From contig OZ242315.1 in the NCBI GenBank assembly GCA_965207975.1, positions 6,203,424-6,267,423 of the forward strand: a stretch of DNA of 64,000 nucleotides, read 5' to 3'. Position 1 is the first letter of the stretch. Each line of letters begins with the position of its first letter. Shown piece by piece: positions 29,964-40,241 of the stretch. The position numbers and the translations under genes are program-made. This DNA is from Candidatus Poribacteria bacterium (lineage in GTDB: Bacteria > Poribacteria > WGA-4E > PCPOR2b). Under the pieces are notes generated by a model. That model saw only the letters and a program-made list of their open reading frames with translations, was not told the DNA's origin and did no database searches.

Positions 29964-31586
29964 TCACTGGTTTCTATTCAGCAGTGTGCCCAAAAAGGTA
30001 TAGCGCAGGAAGAATTGGTGGATTAACAACAGAATACCCGTTACCGCAAAACACACCAGACCGAACTTGAGAACCGACGGCAGCTCCCACGTTCGCGCTA
30101 TCTCCTGCACAACAAGAAGTAAGGGAAGGTGTGCGAGGTATAACCAGTAAGCGACATCTGAAAGGTATCGCCATACCCTACTCTCTCTTGATATCAACTC
30201 ACGGGCAATGCCGATAAGGGAGAAGACCATCACCCACGCGAACGTTGCCTTCAAGACGAGTAAAACGAGATGGCGGTATCCGCCCAACGTGTTTTGACTT
30301 AGTTCCAGCGTCAGCGTCACCGGAAAGATAACTAATAGAGCCAGAGGCATTGTGACTATCCACTGCTTTCCAACTCTTGCGTCGCTATCGTCACAATCAT
30401 AGTAGAATGCGCCACCAAGGAAGAATATGGCGTAATAAATAGGTATATACGGCATGGGTATAATAAAGATGAAGTTATCTGGGCCAAAGTTCGGTATCGC
30501 ACCTTTTGCTGACATAAACCATTGGGGCACCATGGTAAGGGGAATCAGCCAGAGATAGCGGAGCGGAGATAGCATCATTTTTTCGGGCGGGCCCCTCCAC
30601 AACCTCCGTTCGGCGATTGTCGCATATAGGGCGAAAGCGAGAACCAACCAACAGACAAGATAGAATATCCAAAGGTGCGCGAAGACATGGCCTGTCGTAA
30701 GTGTGCGCCATAGACGGTTCTGTTTCTTTACGTTAGGAGTTTGTTCCGTTGACTCGTATTTCTTGAGAATCGTAGCGATGCGCGTTCTGCCGTAATAGGC
30801 TTTTACCGGATCTAGCTTGACTTGTAATTCCCTGACCCTCACGTATATATCGGTCCAATCGGCCTGTGCACGGTTCAATGGGGTTTTGCCGTTCTCATCC
30901 GTAGCCTCCACATCCGCCCCGTTTTGAAGGAGGACTCGAGCAATCTGATCCCGTCCCATAAAGGCGGCTTCATGTAAGGGTGTGCCGCCATCTCTGTTTT
31001 TTCCATTTACGTCTGCTCCCGCACTGATGAGTTGTTCGACAGTCTCGACTTTTCCTACAAAGATAGCCCACGACAAAGGGGTCAGTCCGGTTTGCGGATC
31101 TTGGGTATTGAGATCCGTTCCGTTTGCGAAGTGTACATTCAGAGCTTCACGATTCCCAGTTTTTACAGCAACCCAAATATTCACCTTAGAATCTTCTGAG
31201 GGAGACGGAGCAGCGTCTCTCGCACGTTGCAGCGTGGCTTCAATCAGTTGTTCGTTAATCCAGTATGTAAGCGGGGCGATAGTGATAAGCGTGAACACCA
31301 ACGGCATAAAGAGACGCCGAAATCGGTGTTCTAACATCCCTCTCACTCCACGGGTACGCCACAGCATCGCAGTGAAGAAGCCGCTTGTCATAAAGAAAAG
31401 CGGCATTTGAAACCCGTGTACGACAAGAAAAAAAACTCCAAATCCTTCGTTTCTCTGCACATCTCGAACTGGCCAGGGGACATCAAAAAACGCTAGAGAG
31501 CCATAAAATGCAATGATCAATAACATGGATAGGGCGCGTAATGCCTCTAGGTCATGTCGTTGGGGTACGGAGGTACGGGTATCCAT
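29964..31586 (-). CDS. Acyltransferase-3 (OpgC/MdoC-like) with inserted ankyrin repeats
   Basis: HDLEALRA, FQMPLFF, HLW, YWLYLAHLP; internal GLTPLSWA, GGTPLHEAA, GKTPLNRA. Confidence 0.88.
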   Translation of the reverse strand: MDTRTSVPQRHDLEALRALSMLLIIAFYGSLAFFDVPWPVRDVQRNEGFGVFFLVVHGFQMPLFFMTSGFFTAMLWRTRGVRGMLEHRFRRLFMPLVFTLITIAPLTYWINEQLIEATLQRARDAAPSPSEDSKVNIWVAVKTGNREALNVHFANGTDLNTQDPQTGLTPLSWAIFVGKVETVEQLISAGADVNGKNRDGGTPLHEAAFMGRDQIARVLLQNGADVEATDENGKTPLNRAQADWTDIYVRVRELQVKLDPVKAYYGRTRIATILKKYESTEQTPNVKKQNRLWRTLTTGHVFAHLWIFYLVCWLVLAFALYATIAERRLWRGPPEKMMLSPLRYLWLIPLTMVPQWFMSAKGAIPNFGPDNFIFIIPMPYIPIYYAIFFLGGAFYYDCDDSDARVGKQWIVTMPLALLVIFPVTLTLELSQNTLGGYRHLVLLVLKATFAWVMVFSLIGIARELISRESRVWRYLSDVAYWLYLAHLPLLLVVQEIARTWELPSVLKFGLVCFAVTGILLLIHQFFLRYTFLGTLLNRNQ

Positions 31587-31673
31587 ATAACGAATTTTTC
31601 TCTATACGAGTTTTCGATGAAGACAATCTGTATTGAATATTAAAGACTAATCGGGACGCTTCCTTTGCACATT

Positions 31674-33560
31674 TCATGCACGTTTCTGAATGAAATACAC
31701 AGTAGCAAATAACCCGAGGGCGATCACAAAAGTATAGATATTATAGATATATGCTAACAAAGCAGCAACTGCCAGAATAATCCATTCTATCCATGTCGTT
31801 TTTCGGAGAAAGTATCCCATCGTAACGATCGAAAAGATGAACGTGCCCACTACAGCAGTCACAACCGACAGGACATTTTGCAGTAGTGTGCCGTCAAACA
31901 GGATGTGGGTATAAGCGAACAGCAGCGGCATGATATACAGGAACTTAGCGAATTTGAAACACGCCCAGCCTGTTCTCCACGGATCCGCACGCGCTACTGC
32001 AGCCCCAGCATACGCACCAAGTGCGACAGGTGGCGTAATATTAGAATCTTGACTGAGCCAAAAGACAATCAGGTGTGCCGCAATTAAGGAAACTCCCATC
32101 TGATCGCTTGTGAGGATGGGAACAGCGAGCTCGGAGGTAATCAGATAGGCGGCGGTGACGGGGATACCCATCCCCAAGATGAGGGACGCACCGGCGAGCA
32201 GTAGGATAGCGATTGCACGGCTATCTCCAGCGACGGAGAGGACGAGGTCAGGAAAAATCCTGCCAAGTCCGGTGAGATCGATCACGGCAATAATGATGCC
32301 GATGCTGCCAACTGCTCCGCCAATGGCGAGGGAGTTTTTCGCTCCACCGACCATGGCTTCCCAAAGACGTTTGGGTGTGAGACGTGTGTCCGGTCGAAGG
32401 TAGCTGATGCCGATTGTAGTCAGGATAGCGAAGAACGCCGCTTGGGAGGCTGTATGCCCCGCGATTAGAGTGGCGATGAGCACAACTAACGGAATCATGC
32501 AGTACCACTGGTTTTTGAGCAGGGTGCCCAGGTGTGGCAATTCAACTTTAGGCAGTCCTTCGATGCCCTCCTTTTTTGCTTCAAGGTGTACCATTACCCA
32601 CACTGAGAAGAAATACAGCAGTGCGGGAATAACCGATAGCAGTGCGATGTGGCTATACGGCAGCTCAGTGCGTTCCGCCATGATAAACGCGCCGGCACCC
32701 ATCACCGGCGGCAGGAATTGTCCGCCGACCGACGCTGTCGCTTCAACGGCACCAGCGATATGAGATCGAAAGCCGGTGCGCTTCATCAACGGAACAGTAA
32801 ATGCGCCGGTTGCAACGGTGTTTGCAATGGCGCTTCCGGCAACGGAGCCAAAGAATCCGGAAGCCACGACTGCTACTTTCGCGGGACCTCCCACCAGTCG
32901 CCCTGCTACAGCCATCGGCAGATCGATGAAAAACTGTCCTACCCCCGATTTTTCCAAGAATGCGCCGAAGAAGATAAACAGAACAACATACGTCGCCATG
33001 ACGTTTGCCATGATGCCGAAGATACCCGCCTGGCTGAAGAAACTGTATTCAAAAATCCGGCGTAACGGGAATCCCTTGTGGGCGATGACAGACGGCATTG
33101 ACTGACCAAATAGGGCGTACATAATCCCGACCGCCGCGATTATGGTCAGTGCCCAACCGACTGTCCGCCGGCTATACTCAAGGCTCAAAATCACCGCCAC
33201 CGCCCCAACGCATACATCGAGTTGGCTATACGCCCCCGCCCGATCAGCAAGTTTTTTGTATTCGACAATCCAGTATCCGATCACGAAAATGGTCAAGCCA
33301 ACGAGTATCAGATCTAGCACCGACGGACGCGATTCGGGTGAGCTGCGTCTGAACTGATGGAACATACCGGTCAAAACAAATGTGAGGAGCAGGTACAATC
33401 CAACGTGATACTGCTCACCGGACGTTCCGAAACCCGCTCCATAGATGTAAAAGAATACAAAGCCGACGGCAATAATCTCAAAAATCCACTTCCAGACACC
33501 TTTCAGATCTCGACCCCGGCGCTCAAGTTTTTGCAATGTTTTCGCTTCTGTATCTGCCAT
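31674..33560 (-). CDS. TRAP transporter fused 4TM/12TM permease
   Basis: GGPAKVAV, GSAIAN, GGQFLPPVMGAGAF, ITPPVAL. Confidence 0.93.
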   Translation of the reverse strand: MADTEAKTLQKLERRGRDLKGVWKWIFEIIAVGFVFFYIYGAGFGTSGEQYHVGLYLLLTFVLTGMFHQFRRSSPESRPSVLDLILVGLTIFVIGYWIVEYKKLADRAGAYSQLDVCVGAVAVILSLEYSRRTVGWALTIIAAVGIMYALFGQSMPSVIAHKGFPLRRIFEYSFFSQAGIFGIMANVMATYVVLFIFFGAFLEKSGVGQFFIDLPMAVAGRLVGGPAKVAVVASGFFGSVAGSAIANTVATGAFTVPLMKRTGFRSHIAGAVEATASVGGQFLPPVMGAGAFIMAERTELPYSHIALLSVIPALLYFFSVWVMVHLEAKKEGIEGLPKVELPHLGTLLKNQWYCMIPLVVLIATLIAGHTASQAAFFAILTTIGISYLRPDTRLTPKRLWEAMVGGAKNSLAIGGAVGSIGIIIAVIDLTGLGRIFPDLVLSVAGDSRAIAILLLAGASLILGMGIPVTAAYLITSELAVPILTSDQMGVSLIAAHLIVFWLSQDSNITPPVALGAYAGAAVARADPWRTGWACFKFAKFLYIMPLLFAYTHILFDGTLLQNVLSVVTAVVGTFIFSIVTMGYFLRKTTWIEWIILAVAALLAYIYNIYTFVIALGLFATVYFIQKRA

Positions 33561-33614
33561 CTCCTCCCATGCCCCTCAAACCGACAAGTGCAAAATTTGG
33601 ATTACATAACCATA

Positions 33615-34436
33615 TCACGATCTACGCCGCCGTAGTTCATTCTCAAGTTGTCGAATCCGCTCCTCCGCCTCAATGCGGGCTTGGGCTTCTTCAGTGGCGC
33701 GGTTTTCTGCCTCAACGCGGGCCTGGGCTTCTTCGGCAGCACGAGCCGATACATCAACATAGTCTGGTATCAGATCGCCCGTTTCATCATAACAAACGAG
33801 ATTTTCGCCCTCCAAGTTCAACCAGATGTTGACGGGTTCAATCCAGAGCCAGCCATCCGCATTAGGACTCAATTCCTCATAGCCATCCGGTGTGAGCCGG
33901 TATCCCACCAACGCTCGCTCCATTACCCCCCGTCGTTCAAATCGATCCACAATGATGTAATTCGGTACACCGACCCGCGCATAGTGGTCAACCTTCGTGA
34001 CAACATCAGTTGAGCGGGTCGAAGGCGAGACGATTTCTATAATCAGGCTTGGCTTGGTTTCCTCGTCTTCCTCTGAAAAGGTACTCCAATTGATGTGCCG
34101 CCGGAGGTCGAAAATCACCGAAATATCAGGTCCATGCGCTCTCAGATCGGGCAGTGCCCACGCTACGCGCACATCGTGCAAGACTATGGCATTCGGTTCA
34201 TCCGCAATCCGATCTGACAATACATTGTAGAGATAGTTACAAAATCGTTCATGTTCTTCATCGTGCATTCGGTAATCTCCCACCTGTGGGTGAAGGATGT
34301 CCTCAAGTGTTAGGGGCGTCCGCTCGAGCACCTCTGTTCCGTCTGGCAAGGTCCGTATTGCTTCACGCCACCCGTAGGGATAGGGGTCTTTCTTATCAAG
34401 GATTTCTCCGTTGGTTGGAACGGTTACTACTTTCAT
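33615..34436 (-). CDS. Uma2 family endonuclease with coiled-coil repeat tail
   Basis: GPDISV, IIEIVSPST, YARVGVPNYIIVD; EEAQARxEAE x2. Confidence 0.88.
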   Translation of the reverse strand: MKVVTVPTNGEILDKKDPYPYGWREAIRTLPDGTEVLERTPLTLEDILHPQVGDYRMHDEEHERFCNYLYNVLSDRIADEPNAIVLHDVRVAWALPDLRAHGPDISVIFDLRRHINWSTFSEEDEETKPSLIIEIVSPSTRSTDVVTKVDHYARVGVPNYIIVDRFERRGVMERALVGYRLTPDGYEELSPNADGWLWIEPVNIWLNLEGENLVCYDETGDLIPDYVDVSARAAEEAQARVEAENRATEEAQARIEAEERIRQLENELRRRRS

Positions 34437-34477
34437 GGCGATCTCCTTCCCTTAGTGGGTAATAACTCACAAGTCCC

Positions 34478-36049
34478 TTAGTGATAATGAATCGAAACTG
34501 TTACGTCCTTCAGTATTAACGGTTCACGCCTTATCAGTTGGGGGTTGACCTGTCGAATTTCTAGTTCGTTGATTCCTTTTGTCAGGGGTGGGCTGCCGAT
34601 GTCAAAGTCGATGGCATCACCGGAGATCGATACCTCTTGGGTTCGAGATGGATATTGATTCCACCCTTGCTCATACTCCACACGAGTCTTGTTATCTGAA
34701 GCATCACTACCGGTACTCCAGGGGATAGGTATTTGGTTCAGTTGTATTTCAAACGTATCTTCGGCAGTTAGTCCTTCAAATCCCAGACCGAGTACACATC
34801 TGTTCAAAGCCCCATCAGAAGTTGCCGATACTAGGTCGTCAGCGATATTCAACTGGAGTCTTACACCACGGGCATAGAAAGTTTGGTTGAACTGAACGGG
34901 GAGTTGCGCTGCTGGGATGGCGTTAAGGAACGAATAGCCGAGTTGAGATGTCGGTTGATGCCGATTGGAGTGATCTAACTCGTAACGCTTGTCCAGCCGG
35001 CGCAGCACTATAGGATCAGCCAGTTGGTTCAGGATATTTCGCTTCCAGTCGTTGGACATGCTGTAGTAGTTGAAAAAGTAGATGCCATCTACGCCAGCCT
35101 CCCAATACCGTAGAGCAAGTGCCCTGAGCGATTCTTCGTTCAACAGTGGTCTTAGCCCCTCGAAACAGCCGTAGATTCTGCAACCGGTGCCTTCGGCGGT
35201 TTCAACCCATTGCCGGATTGGCATCTCAAACGGAATGAGTCCACCGCCTGCAATGAGCATGTCAACCATGCCCTCTTTCATCCATACCTCGGCATCCAGT
35301 CCGATTCGTTTGGCATCCGCTAGCGTCGGTGGCACACGCACCGCAAGATCAAGGTGCTTCCTTTTCTCTTGACCGACTTCGTCTAACTTCCTCCGAACAC
35401 CATATACAAAATCTGTCATTAGGTATTGGTACTGATACGCTTCTGCAACGCGGAAGAAGGCGGGATGGCGCATAAAGTCCAATTCGATGCCGTCAATGTC
35501 GAAACGTTCAATCAGCTCAAAGATAATCTTCGACATGTGGGCACGCACTTCTGGAAATGCGTAGTTCAGTCCGGTCCGTATGCCCCATTCTAAGCTTCCG
35601 TGCGGTATTGATTCGTCGGGACGACCGATACACAATTCCGGATGGTCGCGGCGAAGTCGTCCGTAATTCGGAGCTGCTTCCTCCATATCGTAATGCTCGT
35701 TCATTCTGACGGATGGAAAAAACGCCATACCCGCCTCATGACACAGCTGCGAAATTACCGTCACCGGACCACCGTGTGCCTTTATCATCTGACGTAGATT
35801 TTCAGCCTTCCGCTGTTGCCCGGCATCAAGGTCTTCATACCCGTCTCCGAATCGTTCTCCCACTTCGGTTTCGTAGTCATAGACCTCGTGTCCTCCAATA
35901 GACCAGAGAAAAACATCAACCGGTGAGCCTGCAAAGGGAGCAATCATTTTATCGCGCATATCGTCTATAGTCAACGGGGGACCGTAGGTGCCCATTATCC
36001 AGCCATCGTCATTGCTGAGTACCCGCCAATGCTTCTGTGATATTGTCAT
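34478..36049 (-). CDS. Putative glycoside hydrolase (GHL10-like TIM barrel)
   Basis: NDDG, SVRMN, LNYAFPEVR, DGIELDFMR, DGIYFFNY. Confidence 0.75.
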   Translation of the reverse strand: MTISQKHWRVLSNDDGWIMGTYGPPLTIDDMRDKMIAPFAGSPVDVFLWSIGGHEVYDYETEVGERFGDGYEDLDAGQQRKAENLRQMIKAHGGPVTVISQLCHEAGMAFFPSVRMNEHYDMEEAAPNYGRLRRDHPELCIGRPDESIPHGSLEWGIRTGLNYAFPEVRAHMSKIIFELIERFDIDGIELDFMRHPAFFRVAEAYQYQYLMTDFVYGVRRKLDEVGQEKRKHLDLAVRVPPTLADAKRIGLDAEVWMKEGMVDMLIAGGGLIPFEMPIRQWVETAEGTGCRIYGCFEGLRPLLNEESLRALALRYWEAGVDGIYFFNYYSMSNDWKRNILNQLADPIVLRRLDKRYELDHSNRHQPTSQLGYSFLNAIPAAQLPVQFNQTFYARGVRLQLNIADDLVSATSDGALNRCVLGLGFEGLTAEDTFEIQLNQIPIPWSTGSDASDNKTRVEYEQGWNQYPSRTQEVSISGDAIDFDIGSPPLTKGINELEIRQVNPQLIRREPLILKDVTVSIHYH

Positions 36050-36084
36050 GTCAGGGGCTCCTTGAACGTTAATTCCTATGTCTT

Positions 36085-36260
36085 TTTGTACTTTATCAGT
36101 ATTTGACGTACTCCCAAAGCTAAAGCATTGGGATTCTTATCCGTTATGTTAGCCGGATTTACATAAGTGCCAATCAAATCTGACACCTATCGGGGACGCC
36201 ATCGCCCCAACTACGGGACTCAACATGAATCCCGATACTTTGTTCCACAGGTTGATAGCA
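36085..36260 (-). ncRNA. Putative TnpB omega/reRNA (scaffold over tnpB 3' end and right end; guide from flank)
   Basis: Inferred from established TnpB architecture; RE hairpin and TCAA boundary seen; limits approximate. Confidence 0.5.
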
Positions 36261-37497
36261 CCAACGCCGTCTCGGTGATATTCAAAGCCACAATGGTTGC
36301 AGTGATAGTTACGGTTAGTAGGCTTCTTTCGGTTGCCACAACTCGGACAAGTCTGAGAGGTGTATGCCTCAGATACAAACTTGACTTTGAGTCCTGCCAG
36401 TTCTGCTTTGTAGCATATCATGAATTGGAGACGGGCAAACGCCCACTGATGAACCTTCTGGTTAGACTTCTTTGAAAACTTCGCTCGCTTACGAATGCCT
36501 TTTAGGTCTCCTATCACTATCGTATCTGCCTTCGCCTTGATGCAGTCAGATATAAATCGAGATGTGATTTTATGTTCAGCGTCCTTGAGTTGAGCATTCA
36601 ACTTCGCAAGTATCTTCGTCTTGATTCGTTTCAACCGATACCAGCGATTACTTCGTTTGACACACCTATCCATTTTGGATTGGATATATGCCTTGAATTT
36701 GTTGATATATTGCTTGATAGCACGTACTGCCCGACCATTGTAGATTATCGTCTGTTCGCCATCATGCGACACTATCGGGTGAATCTCGCCCATGTCTATC
36801 GCAACCGCTTTGCCTGTTTCGTGTTTGGGTGGCGTGTGGACTTTGTAGACCAGTGAGAAATAGTAGCTCCCGCGTTGGAAATACATCTCCACATAGACCG
36901 GTTCTACTATGGATTGAAGCGTGATAGGCGGGTTGCCTTTGCCGTTGGATAATCTCAATACACCGTCTCTGAGTGAAATAGCACTCGACTTCCAACGCAC
37001 CTTGAAAAAGTGGGGGTACGCTTAGGAGGCTTCGCTTCAGGGTTCGACTTAACAGCCCGAAAATAAGACTTGAGAGAATCGAAGTAGCTCTCAATTATCG
37101 CTTGAATCGTCTGACTATGGAGATTGTACCCACGCAAGCGCATATACTTTTGGACAGCACCTTGAGATAGCCAAACCCCTTTTTTACGCTTGACCTTGCG
37201 AATCAACGAAACCACCTTGGAGTAGACGCGTCCTGATTCACTGGCAAGTATATCCAATTCAGACGTTGGAGACACTTTGATTTTCTTGGTAGTGTACATG
37301 GGGAGGGGCTTTCCGTCTTTCGTTCTCTATACCGCAGAGTGTAGGGGACACCATCTTGCAATGGTGCGATATTCCCCTACCGAAAGACAAATCAAGCATA
37401 TCATATCTTGGCTACAAATTCAAGGAAAAACAGGGCTAAAGCATAGCTTATATCCCAAACCTAAAGACTTGGGCTTTACGGGCTAAAGCCCCACTCG
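36103..37497 (-). mobile_element. IS200/IS605-family element lacking tnpA
   Basis: Minus strand: TTAC (37498-37501) precedes left end, AAAG before the LE hairpin; GAAT before the RE hairpin, ends in TCAA. Confidence 0.88.
36149..37299 (-). pseudogene. tnpB: RNA-guided endonuclease TnpB, frameshifted at a C5 run near 37011-37016 (real or assembly error)
   Basis: AIDMG, IGDL, EAYTSQTCPSCG, CNHCG, HRDGVGAINL; one extra C gives PKRTPHFFKVRW and joins the two ORFs. Confidence 0.85.
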
Positions 37498-37811
37498 GTA
37501 AATATGAATAGCCCGACAGCCTAGTCACTATAACACGCACTAAGTTTTCAAGCCATAAAAAAATAGGGATTCAACGGGGGCGTGATAAATTGGCAACCTG
37601 CTTTGGGTAGGATTGAATATGAGGTGTTGATTGTGATATACTCATGGTTGATACGGAAGATCTGAAGTTATTGCGGAACTAGGAATTAAACAGAACTGGT
37701 TCGCGCCTTCCTATTAAGAATCTGTGCCACTATTGGGAAAGCTGCGCCCAAAAGAGTTATTACAATGTCAGGCATTAGACTGTAACTGTATGAGAGAGTG
37801 AATAAATACCA

Positions 37812-40064
37812 ATGAAACCGTTTATGGAAACCTTGCCTCCCGAAGTGGATACTAAGCTGAAGCAGGTAAAACCGCCGGAGGAACAGGTACTTTTCCAAGT
37901 CTCCACAGATCTCATCAGCGACCAATTATTCGGGGAAAAATGGCTGGTAGCTACAGATCGGCACCTGCTGTTTATACCGGCTGGGGGTGTGGATGGCGTT
38001 GTGCAAGTACCACTTGCAGCTGTGCAGGAGGCAAAAACAGAGGAGCTCGTCGGGGGAGGACGGCTGGCGGTAGAACGTAAGGAAGAGGGACCTGTTTATC
38101 TACACTACTCCAGTTCATTGGCACCCAAGTTTGCTGAGGTCGCCGAGGGAATTCAGCAGCTCTCCACAGGGGAAACTCTTGAGCTGCCGACGGAGATGGA
38201 GCGCACACGGTGTGAAAAGTGTGGATGCCTACTTGCAGAAAAAGATGGCAGATGTATTAACTGTACGAAGAAGCGGGATACGCTCCGGCGGATTCTTAGC
38301 TACGTTAGGCCTTATCGCCTTCAACTGGTACTTGTTTTTGTCATTACGACGGTTGCCGCACTAGTCGAGTTACTGCCTCCCCTTATCACGGAACGCATTA
38401 TTGACGATGTTCTCACGCCGAAATCAAACTTGGGACTTTTGGGGTGGCTTGTATTGGCACTTTTGGGGATTCGTTTATTGATGTGGTTTTCTCAAGTGGG
38501 TCGTACAGCAATAAGTAGTTGGCTCGGATTTCGAGCAGCAGAAGACATCCGCGCTGAACTCTACCGGGTGCTACAGTTTACACCTTTGAGATTTTACGAT
38601 AAGCGAAAGGTCGGATCTCTCATCTCCCGGATGACTAACGACGCAGAACTTCTGGAGGAATACCTAATCTATGACCTACCTTTCATCCTGTCGAATATAT
38701 TGTTGTTATTTGGCATCTTGACGTTGTTGTTATATAAAAGCTGGCTGCTCACGATATATGTGTTGCTTCCTGTACCGCTGATTGTCTTGGGTGGGGCATT
38801 AATCTGGAATCGTATGGAACGTTACTGGCGTCGTTGGTCTGTTAAGTGGGGACGGTTTTCAGCCCATTTGAACGAATCAATCACCGGCATCCGATTGGTC
38901 AAAGCCTTTGCCCAAGAAAAACGCGAAGGTATTCGTTTTAGTCAGCGGAATGACGAACTGCGGCAGGTGAGTGTTAGCGCGGATCGGGCTTGGTTCGTCT
39001 TCTTTACTGTGATGAATTTTTTGATGAGTTTTGGCGTGTTCTTTGTTTGGTACTTTGGCGGACGACAAATCCTCGGGGGAGAATTAACGCTTGGAGAATT
39101 GACGGCATTTATCAGTTACCTCTGGATGCTCTACCGTCCTCTCAGATGGCTTGGTGACTTCTACAACTTTATGATCCGTGCCTATGCGGGTGCAGAGCGA
39201 ATTTTTGAGGTCATGGACACGCCTGTTGAGCCGTTTAACTCCCCGGACGCGAAACCAATGCCTCAAATTGGGGGACGGGTATCCTTCAAAGATGTTACCT
39301 TTGGTTACGATCCGGGTAAACCTGTTCTCAAAGGAATTAATCTCGAAGTGGCACCCGGTGAAATGATCGGCTTGGTGGGCAAATCGGGAGTTGGCAAAAG
39401 CACTTTCATCAACCTCATCTGCCGATTTTACGATGTCAATCGCGGACGTTTAGATGTTGACAGCGAGGATATTCGAGACATCCGTCTTGAAGATTTGCGT
39501 GGGCAGATAGGAATGGTCCATCAGGAACCGACGTTATTTAATGTTACAATTGCTGAAAACATCCGCTACGGTAAACCGGATGCAACGTTTGCTGAGGTGA
39601 TTCGCGCGGCGATAGCAGCGGAAGCGCATGAATTTATCGTTGCCAAACCGGACGGTTATGACACAAAGGCTGGCGAACGCGGTGGAAAGCTCTCCGGCGG
39701 CGAAAAGCAGCGCATTGCAATCGCACGCGCCATCCTGCATGACCCCAAAATTCTTATCCTTGATGAGGCGACCTCCTCGCTTGATACACCGACTGAGAAG
39801 AAGATTCAGATAGCGATTGCGCGACTGGTTAAAGGACGAACCACCTTTGCGATTGCCCACCGGCTCTCAACCCTGCGAAATGCGGACCGACTGGTTGTCT
39901 TGGACGATGGCAAAATTGCTGAGGTTGGCACCCATGCGGAGTTGATAGGGCAGAAAGGCATTTTCTACAACCTTGTTCACACGCAGCAAACAACAACGGC
40001 AATTATGGCGGTCGGCGGTGGGAAAGAGGACTCGGAGGATGATTCGGAGGATGATGATGAATAG
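37812..40064 (+). CDS. ABC transporter, fused permease/ATPase with N-terminal extension and CxxC-CxxC motif
   Basis: GKSGVGKS, LSGGEKQR, ILILDEATS; CEKC...CINC. Confidence 0.93.
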   Translation: MKPFMETLPPEVDTKLKQVKPPEEQVLFQVSTDLISDQLFGEKWLVATDRHLLFIPAGGVDGVVQVPLAAVQEAKTEELVGGGRLAVERKEEGPVYLHYSSSLAPKFAEVAEGIQQLSTGETLELPTEMERTRCEKCGCLLAEKDGRCINCTKKRDTLRRILSYVRPYRLQLVLVFVITTVAALVELLPPLITERIIDDVLTPKSNLGLLGWLVLALLGIRLLMWFSQVGRTAISSWLGFRAAEDIRAELYRVLQFTPLRFYDKRKVGSLISRMTNDAELLEEYLIYDLPFILSNILLLFGILTLLLYKSWLLTIYVLLPVPLIVLGGALIWNRMERYWRRWSVKWGRFSAHLNESITGIRLVKAFAQEKREGIRFSQRNDELRQVSVSADRAWFVFFTVMNFLMSFGVFFVWYFGGRQILGGELTLGELTAFISYLWMLYRPLRWLGDFYNFMIRAYAGAERIFEVMDTPVEPFNSPDAKPMPQIGGRVSFKDVTFGYDPGKPVLKGINLEVAPGEMIGLVGKSGVGKSTFINLICRFYDVNRGRLDVDSEDIRDIRLEDLRGQIGMVHQEPTLFNVTIAENIRYGKPDATFAEVIRAAIAAEAHEFIVAKPDGYDTKAGERGGKLSGGEKQRIAIARAILHDPKILILDEATSSLDTPTEKKIQIAIARLVKGRTTFAIAHRLSTLRNADRLVVLDDGKIAEVGTHAELIGQKGIFYNLVHTQQTTTAIMAVGGGKEDSEDDSEDDDE

Positions 40065-40084
40065 CGTCATCGTGTGAAAGCCAT

Positions 40085-40114
40085 TTGACTTTTCTATGGA
40101 GCACTCGGTATAAT
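40085..40114 (+). promoter_or_regulatory. Sigma70-like promoter
   Basis: TTGACT-18 nt-TATAAT. Confidence 0.6.
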
Positions 40115-40241
40115 GTGAACTCTTACTTCCCTACCGGAGCACACTAAAATGGATAACATCACCTATCGCACAATTTTTGACGACTCACTGAGTGATAGAT
40201 ATATTTGGATAACAACTTAGGTGACTACACTGGAGAATGTA

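Noticed and set aside
37277-37486. Small + strand ORF as tnpA
   Set aside because: No HUH or catalytic Tyr motif and too short.
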